Below, piece after piece: positions 23,984 through 35,460 of a DNA stretch of 64,000 nucleotides. The first letter of the stretch is position 1, and each line of letters opens with the position of its first letter. The DNA lies in NCBI GenBank assembly GCA_043290085.1, contig CM091797.1, positions 22,302,880 to 22,366,879 of the forward strand. Reading direction: 5' to 3'. The notes beneath the pieces were generated by a model. It did no database searches. It saw only the letters and a program-made list of their open reading frames with translations, and was not told the DNA's origin. The stretch comes from Rhynchocyon petersi (Eukaryota). Made by a program: the position numbers and the translations under genes.

Positions 23984-24078
23984 TGACAGTAACCCCTGTG
24001 CTTTCATTAATGGAATGAGGGCTCCTGGAGAGACTACAGCAGATCTGACCACCTGCCTCAATGACAGTTCACCTCAAA
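23984..24078 (+). CDS. VWA5B-like exon, tentative (G DSNPCAFINGMRAPGETTADLTTCLNDSSPQ + 1 nt)
   Basis: The acceptor is cccgtgtctag|, which fits the 2-nt carry-over from 19655. The peptide has weak but colinear similarity to VWA5A TSTSLIKGIARASGGTSEFITGKDRMQSK. The only usable donor before the in-frame taa is a weak aaa|gttaaa. The phase then matches the acceptor of the next exon. Confidence 0.4.
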
Positions 24079-24676
24079 GTTAAAGCTTAACAGATCCTTC
24101 TTCTAGCTTATAATCTGATTTCTGCTGTATAATGTGACATGAGGTTATTTTTTAAAGCATTGCATATCTGACTGTTAGTATGGATTTTTGTAACTGGAAT
24201 TGTTGCATTTTTGTGGTGAGATAATGAAATAATTTTAGGATGTTGTAAATGCCAGTTATATGGTAGTATTGTTATTTCTAAAATACCTCTGTAGATGTTT
24301 TTTCTCAAAGCTCTCTATAGCAGGAAGGACAACAGTCCCCAAGATTGAATGCTAAATTTGTTTTTAACATTAAATGGGGAGGGGAAAGGGAATAAACATT
24401 AATGAATAGATAAACTGGGTTATGGGAAAGCCAATCCACAGTAAGGGGCTGGTTAAGCACTGTAATTGGCCAGTTGCATTACTTAATGGCAAATAATGTT
24501 GTAAAATAAAACGTCTATGAATGCGTGTGGAAAACCAGTATGATTTCTAAACTTTCAGTCAAATAAAAAGAAACCATTTTTGTTTGAAAACCAAAATATG
24601 TCTGTTGCTACCATGAGAACTGTTTCCTGGATGTCAGGTTGATAAAAGGAATAATTCCTCTTTCGTGGGTAGATAG

Positions 24677-24843
24677 AAGACCAGATGATGCGATTGCGCT
24701 CTCCAAGTTGCCACTCTGTCTCCGTCAAGTGGCAGCAGTTCAGCACTTGGTCGTCTGAGCCCTTGCAGGCACCTGCCCAGGTGCAGTCCTTGTTCCACAA
24801 TGACCGCCTGCTCGTCTACGGGTTTATTCCTCACTGCACACAG
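24677..24843 (+). CDS. VWA5B-like exon (K DQMMRLRSPSCHSVSVKWQQFSTWSSEPLQAPAQVQSLFHNDRLLVYGFIPHCTQ)
   Basis: The acceptor is gggtagatag| and the donor is cag|gtatga. The peptide aligns to VWA5A LKRSLQPVVEDVSLSWHLPPGLSAKMLSPEQTVIFRGQRLISYAQLTG. It ends in phase 0. Confidence 0.65.
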
Positions 24844-24973
24844 GTATGAAGGCACAGCGCTCGGCTACCATGGGAAGACCAATGTATTCTGCTGGGAATC
24901 AATCATCTTTCTCTTCTTCACCTTCCTTCCACCTTCCAGAGTCTAATCTACTGGCCCGTTTTCTCCTTCTGAG

Positions 24974-24976
<3 letters not shown>

Positions 24977-25006
<30 letters not shown>
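24977..25006. repeat. (GT)n microsatellite, about 15 units
   Basis: It is a perfect run abutting the SINE at 25008. Confidence 0.95.
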
Positions 25007-25007
<1 letters not shown>

Positions 25008-25009
<2 letters not shown>

Positions 25010-25170
25010 CGTCGAGTCGTGAACGACTCATGGTGACTCTCCCGAGGGTTTCCCAGAGGCAGTATCATGAGCATGGGAGTAGAAGCCACTCTTTCTCCCA
25101 TGGAGCAGCTGGTGGGTTTGAACCGCGTGCCTTTGGGTTGGCAGCGCAGCTCCTTTACCACTAGGCCACA
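25008..25170 (-). mobile_element. AfroSINE-type SINE (reverse orientation)
   Basis: ttaccgtcgagtcgtgaacgactcatggtgactctcccgagggtttcccagaggcagtatcatgagcatgggagtagaagccactctttctcccatggagcagctggtgggtttgaaccgcgtgcctttgggttggcagcgcagctcctttaccactaggccac. Confidence 0.8.
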
Positions 25171-25314
25171 GCGTAGCGGGTGGTTAACCAAGAGGGTCGG
25201 AGAGCTTTTGAGTTTCATGGGGAGAGGAAATTGCTGAAGCAATCGCCCTTAGACTAACCATGACACTGCGGAGTAGAAAAGCTGATGAAAAACCCTCTTT
25301 TTCCCCCAATTCAG

Positions 25315-25395
25315 GCAACTCTGTGCGCAGTCATTCAAGAGAAAGAACTTTGCACGATGGTCTCAACTACAGAGCTTCAGAAGACAACTGGGACT
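25315..25395 (+). CDS. VWA5B-like exon (ATLCAVIQEKELCTMVSTTELQKTTGT)
   Basis: The acceptor is ccccaattcag| and the donor is act|gtaaga. It is 81 nt in phase 0. The peptide aligns to VWA5A AETTGEVCLKYTLQGKTFEDKVTF. Confidence 0.65.
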
Positions 25396-25719
25396 GTAAG
25401 ATATAAAACGTTAAGATGTGGGCCAACGGATGCAGAGTTGTACTTGTATATCATATCTGATGCTTCATGCACTTGCTGCTTTTGCTGTGTTCTGTGCTGC
25501 AGTGTCCGCACGCAGTGTGAAGAAGGGTCATTATCTGTATAAAGGACACTTTCCTTTGGTTCCATCTGGAGTTCTGTGTCTGGAGTGGGGTTTCAGTGAA
25601 TGTGAGGAACTAAAATCAAATAGGATATTTTATGTATGGGAAATTTCTTAGAGAGATTTTGGTGAAATGTGAGTGCTGCTAGCCCGTCTGCTTTTTAAAA
25701 AGAAGTGCAACAGCGCTCG

Positions 25720-25960
25720 GTAGAGGCAAGGGTAGTGAGATTTCACCTCACACTTTGGGGGTGATAACATACAGGAGGAGCGAGTCAGCAGAGGAGAGGA
25801 GGTGCCTCTGTGAGCTGGACAGAGGCAGGGACTGCACCAGTGGGCTTAGCACAACAGAGAGGGCGAATGGCGCAGGGCCCCTCAGGGTTTCATTCTGGGG
25901 AACGTGGTGTCACTGTGAGTGGGAGCTGACTCGATGGCACCTGCCAACAACAGCAACAGA
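25720..25960 (+). mobile_element. RTE 3'-terminal fragment (degenerate)
   Basis: ggtagaggcaagggtagtgagatttcacctcacactttggg...gggagctgactcgatggcacctgccaacaacagcaaca. Confidence 0.5.
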
Positions 25961-26150
25961 ATTTCAGAATAAGAGAAAACCATATTGTATGTTGAGAATT
26001 TGCTTGTTCTTTCCATTTTTTGATTGAAAGCAAGTGAATTAACACCAAAATATTCTTGTGGTACTCAATATGTTAGTTATAGTTTGACTTTGAAAATTCT
26101 TAATCTCTATATTCTATACCAGGGAGCTCTGGTGGCAGAGTTGCTGTTAA

Positions 26151-26318
26151 GTACCATCGAGTCAAGACTGACTCTAGCTGAGCCTCCAGTGGGTTTTCAG
26201 AGACAGGAAATTGCATGGACGTTGACACCACTCTTTTTCCCATGAAACAGCTGGTAGATCAAACTGCATGTCTTTGAGTTGGCAGTGCAGATCCTTACCA
26301 CTAGGTCAGACCAGCTGC
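26151..26318 (-). mobile_element. AfroSINE-type SINE (reverse orientation)
   Basis: gtaccatcgagtcaagactgactctagctgagcctccagtgggttttcagagacaggaaattgcatggacgttgacaccactctttttcccatgaaacagctggtagatcaaactgc...ccactaggtcagaccagctgc. Confidence 0.7.
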
Positions 26319-26328
26319 TATGGCGGCA

Positions 26329-26356
26329 TGATGATGATGATGATGATGATGATGGG
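26329..26356. repeat. (GAT)n microsatellite between two SINEs
   Basis: atgatgatgatgatgatgatgatgg. Confidence 0.85.
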
Positions 26357-26516
26357 ATACTGTCGAGTCTTGACTGACTCATAGTGACCCTTCCATGAGT
26401 TTTCCTTTCAACACAGGAGTTGAAGCCACTCTTTCTCCCACAGAGCAGCTGGCGGATTAGAACTGTGTGCCTTTGGGTTAGCAGTGCAGCTTCTTACCAC
26501 TAGGCCACACCAGCTG
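26357..26516 (-). mobile_element. AfroSINE-type SINE (reverse orientation)
   Basis: atactgtcgagtcttgactgactcatagtgacccttccatgag...gagcagctggcggattagaactgtgtgcctttgggttagcagtgcagcttcttaccactaggccacaccagctgc. Confidence 0.7.
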
Positions 26517-26522
26517 CTATGG

Positions 26523-26698
26523 GGGCAGAGTGGTAAGGAATGTAATTTCCAACTCAAGGAGAAGCTGTACAGATCCATTAGCCGCTCCAGAGGAGGTAAA
26601 TGAGCATTCTCCTCCTGTGTGATTTACAGCCTCGGAAAACCCGCTGGAGGGTCAGTTATGAGTTGGTCCCTACTCAATGGCACATAACAGCAACATAG
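26523..26698 (+). mobile_element. AfroSINE-type SINE
   Basis: agagtggtaaggaatgtaatttccaactcaagg...ccattagccgctcc...gggtcagttatgagttggtccctactcaatggcacataacagcaaca. Confidence 0.65.
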
Positions 26699-26706
26699 AT
26701 TATACA

Positions 26707-26893
26707 GGGAACTCTGGTGACCTAGTGGGTAAGGAGTTGTGCTGCCAACCAGAAGGTGGGTAGTTCAAATCCACCAGCTGCTCTGCAAGAGAAAGATGGG
26801 CAGTTTTTTGCCATGCAATGTGCAGCCTCTGAAATCCTGCTGGAGGGTCAGCTGGGAGTCAGTTCCAACTCCAATGGCACGTAACAACGACTG
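26707..26893 (+). mobile_element. AfroSINE-type SINE
   Basis: gggaactctggtgacctagtgggtaaggagttgtgctgccaaccagaaggtgggtagttcaaatccaccagctgctc...gggtcagctgggagtcagttccaactccaatggcacgtaacaacga. Confidence 0.75.
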
Positions 26894-27631
26894 TATCGTA
26901 TACTTGGTAGCTTTCTCTTAATAGAAATACTTGTATAACTAGAAAAACCATTTTCCAAAGATTGCTGAGGGTTTTAAAAATAAATTAGGCCTTACTTTTG
27001 GGCATTGCATCAATAATTATTGATTTACTACTTGGCAGTGATTTATGATAGCACTTAAGAACTTAAGGCTATATTGCTTTTGAAAATGACTCTAAGTGGA
27101 GAGAGGTCTTTTCCCATTACCATTGTAGCAGCCATACTTCTCCTGTGAACTGTGGCTTTATCAATCACAAACTGACAAGATTTGGAACTGCTGAAAGCAG
27201 AGATGCTGCCAGTCCAGGTCAGCTGTGTTTCTTAGTCATTTGAAGGAAAAGATGGAAGTTCATCATGATGAAATTTTGCACTCCAGAATGTTTTCATGTT
27301 GGGCATTGCAGCTATAGTGAAAAACAGTTTCAAGATTTTGAAATAAGTTAGATTTACTAAATGTCTTTTTTATAGAAAAGACAATAATAATAGGAACACA
27401 GAACAGTTATGGTCACCAGAGGCTGAGGCTGGTTAGAGGGGCGTGAGGGAACCTTTCTGTATCTTTATTTTCAGTTGTGTTTGTGAGACTGTAAACATTA
27501 CTTAAAGATCATCAAATGATACTTTTAAAATGTGTATGAATTCTACTTCTATTTAAGGAGTTATGTTCCGTGTACATCTTTTCATTAGAATCATTGGTGT
27601 CTTTATTTTCCTCTTTGTCTCCAAAACATAG

Positions 27632-27712
27632 ATGATTCATAAGCTGACAGCCCGAGCTCTCATTAGAGATTTTGAATACGGCATTCTCCATGAAGATGAG
27701 ACACATCATCAG
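27632..27712 (+). CDS. VWA5B-like exon (MIHKLTARALIRDFEYGILHEDETHHQ)
   Basis: The acceptor is ccaaaacatag| and the donor is cag|gtctgt. It is 81 nt in phase 0. The peptide aligns to VWA5A IHRLAAKSLLQTKDMGLRETPASDKKDA. Confidence 0.65.
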
Positions 27713-28841
27713 GTCTGTCTGTTCTTAGCAGAAATGATTATGTATTTCACTTGGTCATTCTTGATTTACCTTCAGAAACAGAGGGTCAGGCCAGCTGAGT
27801 GGAAAAGATGAGTGTGCGTTTTGGAAGGCCATCATTTCTGTCCACAGCTACACGCAGGTGTGGAGTGAATGTACTGAGTGTGTGACCCAGGGAAAGAACG
27901 CTGAACACTCAGCCAGTACAGCGAAGAGGATGTCCCCACATGACTGCAATGGACATGATCTCATTTCAGTCTTAAACCCATGGTGTAGGTGCTGGTGTTG
28001 CCATTTTACTAACGAAGAAACTCAGGGACACAATGGGTGGGGCACCTGACCCACAACCCACAGCGAAGCCAAAGCCCACCTCGTCCCTGCTCCCTTTACT
28101 GATAGCTCCAGTCCAGCACCCACTCAGCCCCTCCCTTGACTGGCCCAGTGGCTCTCTAGGGTTGAGAGCTCAGACATGGCTGGGAGTGTCGGTGCTCCGC
28201 CACAAGACGATGGTGTCTGGATGCCCGCAAACCATCCTTAAGTGACAAACTCTCTTCCCCCAAACTCCTTTATTTCCTGCTCAGTAGCTGCCTTCATGTT
28301 CAGTTTTCTGGAAGTTCTTATATTCCCCTGGGATGGCCCTGAAGTCAGAGCAAGACCATGTGGTGCCCGACCAGCCCTGCCATTGACTACTGTGTGGCTA
28401 GGTGCCATCAAGTCCAGTATGACTCCTAGTGACCCTGTGAACAGCACCTGAACACCTTGCCCTGTCCTGCGTCATCGTCACACTCTCTATCATGCTTGAG
28501 CCCATCATTGCAGTCACTCTGTCCCCGTCCATCTCCTGGAAGGCCTTCCTCTGTTTTGCTGACCGTCTATTTTTCCAATAATGGGATTAAGATTCAACAA
28601 ATCGCCCACCTGTCTGAGCCTTGATTCCTTGTTTTTAAAATGGGAACTAGGCACCTCCCTCCTGGGCTTACCTATAAAAGAATAACAAATTCCAAAGAGC
28701 CATATGATTAAGAATTCTTTTGTCCATGATTTAGCTAAATCATTTGATCATATTGACAGCACCTACGTGATTTTTTTTAAAAAATTTTTTTACACCTACA
28801 TGATATTTAGATAAGCGTGTTCATTAAATAGTTTGACATGT

Positions 28842-29600
28842 TGTTGTTATGTGCCATCGAGTCGAAGACGACTCATAGCGACCCTATGAACCACAGACCT
28901 GAAATGCCCCCTATCCTGTGCCATCCTCACCATCCCTGACACACTGGCACCCATCGCTGCCGTAACTGTGTCCAACCATCTTGTCGGGGGTCTGCCCCTC
29001 CTTCTCTTACCCTCCACCTTCCCAAACATAATGTCCTTCTCCAGGGACCCGTCCCTCCTAGCAACATGTCCGAAATATATGAGGCGGAGCTTTGTCACCC
29101 TTGCCTCCAAGGAGAACTCTGGCTGGACCTTCTCCAGAACATATCTGTTTGTCTTCCTGGCCATCCATGGAATATTGAGCACTCTTCTCTAACACCACAG
29201 CTCAAAGGCATCAATTCTTCTTCTATCTTCCCTAGTCATTGTCCAACTTTCAGATGCATGTGTAGTGATCGAGAAGACCATTGTTTGAATCAGATGCACC
29301 TTTGTCCTTAGACTTACATCATTATTCTTCAGAACCTTGGCAAGGTCTCTAACCGCGGCCTTCCCCAATGTGATACGTCTTTTGATCTCCTGGCTACTGG
29401 TGCCAAGGGTATTGACTGTGGATCCAAGCAGTATAAAATTACTGACAGTTTCGATTTTTTCTCCATCAACCATGATATCCCCTATTGGCCCTGTGGTAAG
29501 GATCTTGGTCTTTTTGAGGTTCAGCTGCAATCCGTATTTCAGACTGCATTCCTTGAGTTTCTGCAGCAGAGCCTTCAAGTTTGACATACTACTTACAAAA
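28842..29600 (-). mobile_element. RTE fragment (3' half, minus strand)
   Basis: The minus ORFs 28847-29182 (MLNIPWMARKTNRYVLEKVQPEFSLEARVTKLRLIYFGHVARRDGSLEKDIMFGKVEGKRRRGRPPTRWLDTVTAAMG...) and 29189-29614 (..LKKTKILTTGPIGDIMVDGEKIETVSNFILLGSTVNTLGTSSQEIKRRITLGKAAVRDLAKVLKNNDVSLRTKVHLIQTMVFSITTHASESWTMTREDRRRIDAFELWC) are RTE sequence. Confidence 0.85.
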
Positions 29601-29728
29601 TTATTTGTCTTCAAGGGAAAAATCCCACAGTTTTTTACGATTATTTAGTGTTCTTTTAATTGGTCAGGTGTAGCTAAATAGTGAAAAATGACACAGCACT
29701 GACTTTCATTTGTTACTTTCTCTTTTAG

Positions 29729-29824
29729 ATGAAGAAGCAAGCGTTAAAATCTCTGATCATTAAAATCAGCAAAGAAAATTCTCTCCTAACACAATTTACA
29801 AGCTTTGTGGCTGTTGAGAAAAGG
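29729..29824 (+). CDS. VWA5B-like exon (MKKQALKSLIIKISKENSLLTQFTSFVAVEKR)
   Basis: The acceptor is ttctcttttag| and the donor is agg|gtacgt. It is 96 nt in phase 0. The peptide aligns to VWA5A DKKDALNLSLESGVISSFTAFIAINKE. Confidence 0.7.
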
Positions 29825-30411
29825 GTACGTGTTGCCGTTAATTTATGGTTAGATCATTTGTCTTTTAAATTATTTTCTCATGTTAAGATAATTACTCTTG
29901 TGCTGCTTGTTAATCTGTGCATCACAGAAAGAAATCCCAAGTACAGGATTCTTCACATGTATGTGGCAAAGCACATACCATAGAACACTGGTTTTAATGT
30001 CAAAGAGAGCGGGGCTTTAATCTGATGAAGCTTTTTAAATAATAAAGAGTTGAACTTTGTATTCAACAATGCTGCATTATTATTGTTGTCGCTGTAGTTG
30101 AAGAATACCTTTAAAATGAAACTTTAAAAAATCCCAAACCTGATTTTTAAAAATAACATACAAAGAAGCATGTTATTAGAAAGCCCTAAATTTATTTCAC
30201 CGGGAGCTCTTGTGGCATATTGTTGACAGTTCTAATTCACCAGGAACTCCAAGAGAGAAAGATGAGTAGGCCCCTCATGTGAAGATTTACATAAACATGC
30301 ATTTCTCTGGCACGGGAAGAAGAGAGATGTGGAGAGATCAGGAGGGTCCCTGAACCAGAGCCTCTTTAGCTTTAGGTTTTATAATGGACTGTCTAAATTA
30401 GTATATGTTGT

Positions 30412-31225
30412 TGGTGGTGTTAAGGTGAAAACAACTCACAGTGACTACATGAACAGCAGACCTAAAACATGCCCTATCCTCTGCCACACTGCCATCTCTG
30501 ACACACTTGCACCCATCACTGCAGTCACTGTGTCTATCCATCTAGCCCAGGGTCTGCCTCTCTTTCTCTGACCCTCCACCTTTCCAAGCATGATGTTCCT
30601 TTCCACGGACTGGCCTCTGCTAACAACATGTCCAGAATACGTGAGACGAAGCTTAACCACCCTTGCCTCCAAGGAGCACTCTGGCTGGACCCTTTCCAGG
30701 ACACATTTGTTTGTTTTCTTGGCCATCCAATGGATATTAAGCACTCTTTTCCAACACTAGAGCTCAAAGGCATCAATTCTTCATCTTTCGTTCCTAGTCA
30801 TCATCCAACTTTCAGATGCATGGCTAGTGATTGAGAAGACCATGGTTTGGATTAGTTGTACCTTTGTCTTCAGACGGACATCATTAATTCTACAGTACTT
30901 TGGAGAGGTCTCTAACAGCAGCCCTTCCCAATGTGGTGCGTCTTTTGCTTTCTTAAGTGCTAGTACTAAAGGTGTTGACTGTGGATCCAAGTAGGATGAA
31001 ATTACTGACAATTTCAATCCTTTTTCCATTAACTATGATATCCCTTCCTTATTAGCCCAGTAGTGATAATCTTGGTTTTCCTGAGGTCTAGCCACAGTCC
31101 GTATTGAAGACTACAGTCCTTTAGCTTTTGCAGCAGAATTTTCAAGTCTCCTTTGCTTTCAGCAAGCAAGATTGTATCATCTACATATCGCAAGTTGTTG
31201 ACACATCTTCCTTCAATATATATGA
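30412..31225 (-). mobile_element. RTE fragment (minus strand)
   Basis: The minus ORF 30445-30744 reads MLNIHWMAKKTNKCVLERVQPECSLEARVVKLRLTYSGHVVSRGQSVERNIMLGKVEGQRKRGRPWARWIDTVTAVMGASVSEM. The ORF 30781-31029 reads ..RINDVRLKTKVQLIQTMVFSITSHASESWMMTRNER. Confidence 0.8.
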
Positions 31226-31356
31226 ATTAGTATATATGTTATCATTTTTAAAATTACAGTTATTAATTAGTCATATGTGTATTTTTCAGAAAGACTTCAA
31301 TGTTGTAAACTTTTTGGTATTTCTCGAGCCTGAAAAATAGAAAAACCAGTTTTTAG

Positions 31357-31536
31357 GTACCGTCAAGTCGAGATTGACTCCTACCTGACCTTCCAGTGGG
31401 TTGTCAGAGGCAGCAGTTAATTGCATGGGAGTTGACACCACTCTTTCTCCCATGAAGCAGCTGGTGGACTTGAACTGCGTGCCTTTGAGTTGGCAATGCA
31501 GCTCCTCCTTACCACTAAGCCACCAGAGCTCCCAAG
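31357..31536 (-). mobile_element. AfroSINE-type SINE (reverse orientation)
   Basis: ggtaccgtcaagtcgagattgactcctacctgaccttccagtgggttgtcagaggcagcagttaattgcatgggagttgacaccactctttctcccatgaagcagctggtggacttgaactgcgtgcctttgagttggcaatgcagctcctccttaccactaagccaccagagctccc. Confidence 0.7.
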
Positions 31537-31757
31537 AATCCTTATAAAAGGCCTCCACTTCTGACAGGCCATTTGTCAGTGTGAAGTCCTCAGTACAGGG
31601 CCCAGCCCCCAGGAAGGGATCCAGTAGGAATGTTACTGGTAGCTAATCATACACACAGTTATATTCCAGACTAAATGTTCACAATCTTTACAATATAGAA
31701 TGATAATTTCACTTGATGATGTCTGTTTTGCTTTAACCCCATTGTGATTCAATACAG

Positions 31758-31880
31758 AACGAGAATGAGTCACCTTTGCCTGATACTCCCAATATTTCAG
31801 ACCTCACTGCTAAAGAAGATGTGGACTTTCTGCCGTATATACCGTGGCAGGAGGAGCAATCTGATGACAGCACAGCACAC
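31758..31880 (+). CDS. VWA5B-like exon (NENESPLPDTPNISDLTAKEDVDFLPYIPWQEEQSDDSTAH)
   Basis: The acceptor is ttcaatacag| and the donor is cac|gtaaat. It is 123 nt in phase 0, and the open frame is clean. It is colinear with the VWA5A post-VWA region. Similarity is low. Confidence 0.55.
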
Positions 31881-32179
31881 GTAAATATTATTTACTGAAT
31901 ATGTTGATATCGTGTTAAGAGGAAAGACCTTGAAGTCAGCTATCACTCAACCGGAATCTTGGTGAAACCAATTCCTGGCTTTGTGAATGTTTCTCTGACT
32001 CAAGTACTCATCAGTAAAATGGGCTAATAGCAACATGTACTTTGTGATTTACAAGGAGCAGAGGGAGGGAGAGGCCAGGAGGGTCATTGAACCAGGTCGT
32101 CATTAGCATTAAGACTTGGGATGAGTTCTATAAGTGAGTATATATGGAGATGATACTGATTGTAGATTATAGTTGTTAA

Positions 32180-33230
32180 TTGTTGTTTCATGCCATCAAG
32201 TTGAAGACGACTCATAGTGACCCTATGAGCAGCAGACCTGAAATGTGCCCTATTCTGCGCCATCCTCACCATCTCCAAAACGCTCGTACCCATCACTGTA
32301 GTGACTGTGTTAGTCCATCTAGTTGACAGCCTGCCTCTCCTTCTCCAACCCTCCACCTTTCCAAGCATGACATCTCTCTCCAGGGACTGCCCTCTCCTAA
32401 CAGCATGTCCAAAATATGTAAGGCGAAACTTAACCACCCTTGGTTCCAAGGGGCACTCTGGTTGGACCCTCTCCAGGACAGATTTGTTTGTTTTCTTGGC
32501 CATCCATGGGATATTGAGCACTCTTTTCCAACACCACAGCTCAAGGCATCAATCCTCCTTCTGTCATCCTTTGTCATCATCCAACTCTCAGATGCATGGC
32601 TAGTGATTGAGAAGACTATGGTTTGGACCAGGTGCACCTTTGTCTTTAGACTGACGTCACTGCTCTTAAGCACTTTGGCAAGGACTCTAACAGCAGCCTT
32701 TTCCAGTGTGATTCGTCTTCTGACCTCTTGGCTACTGGTGCCAAGGGTGTTGACTGTGGATCCAAACAAGACGAAGTCATTGACAACTTCAATCCTTTCT
32801 CCACTGATCATGACATCCCCTGCTAGCCCCATGGCAAGGATCTTGGTCTTCCTAAGGTTCAGCCGCAATCCATATTGCAAACTACAGTCCTTGAGCTTCT
32901 GCAGCAGAGCTTTCAGGTCTTCACTTTCAGCAAGCAAAAGTTGTATCATCTGCATATTGCAAGTTGTTGATGCATTTTCCTCCAATCCTGATGCCACGCT
33001 CCTCCTCACAGAGTCCTGCTTCTCAAATAATCTGCTCTGTGTAGAGATTGAATAGGTATGGGGATAGGATACAGCCCTGACGCATGCCTTTTTTGACCTT
33101 GAACCATGCAGTATTCCCATGTTCTGTTCGTACAACAGCTTCTTGATCTAGATACAGGTTTCGCATGTAATGTGGACCTAGACGTTCCAGAAGATGTGAG
33201 GTTTCTTCCCATGAAGCGGTCCTTTACCAG
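32180..33230 (-). mobile_element. RTE fragment (RT through 3' end, minus strand)
   Basis: The minus ORFs 32084-32521 (MLNIPWMAKKTNKSVLERVQPECPLEPRVVKFRLTYFGHAVRRGQSLERDVMLGKVEGWRRRGRLSTRWTNTVTTVMG..) and 32293-33135 (280 aa, ..EDLKALLQKLKDCSLQYGLRLNLRKTKILAMGLAGDVMISGERIEVVNDFVLFGSTVNTLGTSSQEVRRRITLEKAAVRVLAKVLKSSDVSLKTKVHLVQTIVFSITSHASESWMMTKDDRRRIDAL..) are RTE sequence. Confidence 0.85.
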
Positions 33231-33851
33231 TACCACACAGGTAGATGTTAGTTACCAAACACATCAATATTGTTTTTGGTTGTAGTTATGAGGCTGAGAG
33301 TTCTGAAGTCACACTCTTGTGATTGGTCTAGTCAGGAACTGCTGTATCCTGATGTTGAAATATTTTGCATATTTATGAAAATGCCTGTGTATGGCCAAGG
33401 ATCATGTATCAGGCAGATATTTTAACAGACAGCCTGGGGTAGTTATAAAATACAGCAAAAGAACAAGTGTGGTTCAGGGCATAGGAAATGAAACTCATTT
33501 ACTCTAGGAAATATGTTAGGCTCATCATGAAATTAATGATGAAACTCCCATCACCTGTTCTAAACTCAGTACTGACATTTCATAAAGCTTATAATGCTTT
33601 GCACCATGGTCCTTATAGATAGAAATATTCCATATTTTATTTCTGCAAGGGATCTTTTATTAAACAAACTAAAAATATACTATGGATAATGATCATGTGC
33701 CTACATGATGCATGACTACTCTCTCATAGAACTTCATTTAAAGCATCTCATACCACATGAGTTGAATTACTGTGAACATTCTCAATTATTGGTACAAACT
33801 CTTGCCAGTGAATGACAAATTTACATACATGTATGGTGGTGGTGGTGGTGT

Positions 33852-34011
33852 GTACCGTCGAGTCGTTAACGACTCATAGTGACCCTCCCGAGGGTTTCCG
33901 GAGGCAGTATCTCACACGGAAGTAGAAACCACTCTTTCTCCTGCGGAGCAGCTGGCGGGTTTGAACCGCATGCCTTTGGGCTTGCAGCGCAGCTCTTTCA
34001 CCACTAGGCCA
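33852..34011 (-). mobile_element. AfroSINE-type SINE (reverse orientation), preceded by (GGT)n
   Basis: gtaccgtcgagtcgttaacgactcatagtgaccctcccgagggtttccggaggcagtatctcacacggaagtagaaaccactctttctcctgcggagcagctggcgggtttgaaccgcatgcctttgggcttgcagcgcagctctttcaccactaggccat. Confidence 0.8.
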
Positions 34012-34559
34012 TGTATGTCAGCCGGAAAATAAAGGAGAAAAGAGATTGAAATAAAAATTGGAAGGCATATTTAAAAATAGAGAACCAGTATCTTAGATGT
34101 CCAGGTTAAAGAAGTAAAATTTCTACAGTGTTGGAATTTATAGTATAATGAGAAAAGTTCATGGAGAGAAAAATATTTTGTGGATCCATTTTAAAGCTTT
34201 CATGTTATGGATAAGAAGCCCTAAAGATGTTACCCACCCCTCGTGGAGGTAGCTTTGTTTTGTTCTTAACCTATTGGTAGTCAAGTCCATAGTACTACTA
34301 ACCAAAAGCCTCCACCTCTCCAAAAGTTCTAATGCACCATAGCTCCTCTGGACATAGATTGGCAGTCCCCCAATTTACAGCCGAGTAAAACCCAATGGAG
34401 CGTTGCTGTGAGTCTAGATGGCAGTGAATTTGAGTGAGTTGTTAAAGTTGGGAAGATAGCAAACTCAGAAAAACCAAGTTTTCACACATTTTCTGGATTG
34501 ACATCTCCCAGTCAAAATAGACTAAAGTTGCCACAGTAAAGATAGGCTGAGATTGGGCA

Positions 34560-35460
34560 GGGTGAGTGGATGTGGCATAGTCATTTACCTTTAATGCAAT
34601 TTTGGAATGTGTCAGGACTTTAACCAAAAACCTGGTTGTTGAACAACCAGGAGCTTGGCAGACTTTAAATATGGTTTCCCAAATTTGCAGGATGTTTAGA
34701 CAGATGACAAAATCAAAAGACAATATTGAACTAGGTATAAAAATATTTGCAGCATAGTGGGAATGCAAAATGGTACAGCCACTATGGAAATCAATCTGGC
34801 GCTTCCTCAAAAGGCTGGAAATAGAGATTCCATTTGACCCAGCTATTATTCTCTTGGGGATATACCCCAAAGAAAACAGAGCTGAGAAACACACATGCAC
34901 CCCCATGTTTACTGCAGCTCTATTCACTATAGCAAGAAGATGGAGGCAGCTCAAATGCCTCTCAACAAATGAATGGATAGAGAAACTGTGGTACATCCAC
35001 ACAATGGAATACTATGCAGCGGTGAGGAACAACGAAGTATTCAACAAACATTACCCAGTATGGGAGAAGCTGGAGGACATTATACTCAGTGAAATGACTC
35101 AGTCGCATAAGGATAAATATTGTATCAGACCACTTACTGTGAAAATAAGTTATGGGGTGGGAAACAAGACACAGGATGGGAAATAAGCCAAGGGACAAGC
35201 TGGGTCGGGGAGAGCAGGAATAGAATGGACAATGACTATTAAGGTGGATACAGGGAAGGGAAGATAAGTATGGAAACGAAGGACTAATGGACTAATGGAC
35301 ACCCACCAAAGAAGCAAGTGTGCCTGTCAGCTTATATGGGAAGGAGGAGGGGGGAGGAGGGGAGTGCCAGAGAGGGCTGGGATCGTATGTAAGGGGATCC
35401 TGATTGGGCTAAGATGTATTGACCAATTGTTAAAGTATTATTTAATTTAAAAAAAATGTT
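34560..35460 (+). mobile_element. L1 3' end (ORF2 C-terminus plus 3'UTR)
   Basis: The ORF 34770-35186 reads MVQPLWKSIWRFLKRLEIEIPFDPAIILLGIYPKE...MFTAALFTIARRWRQLKCLSTNEWIEKLWYIHTMEYYAAVRNNEVFNKHYPVWEKLEDIILSEMTQSHKDKYCIRPLTVKIS. This is the canonical L1 ORF2 tail. Confidence 0.9.

Noticed and set aside
32293-33135. The 280-aa minus ORF, plus the 450-aa (16235-17587) and 349-aa (36693-37742) plus ORFs, as possible cellular genes
   Set aside because: They encode RTE/BovB reverse-transcriptase motifs (FIDYAKAFD, YADDTTL, LRLTYFGHV..RWIDTV). They end in the LINE tail and are 5'-truncated. They are transposon ORFs, annotated as mobile elements instead.
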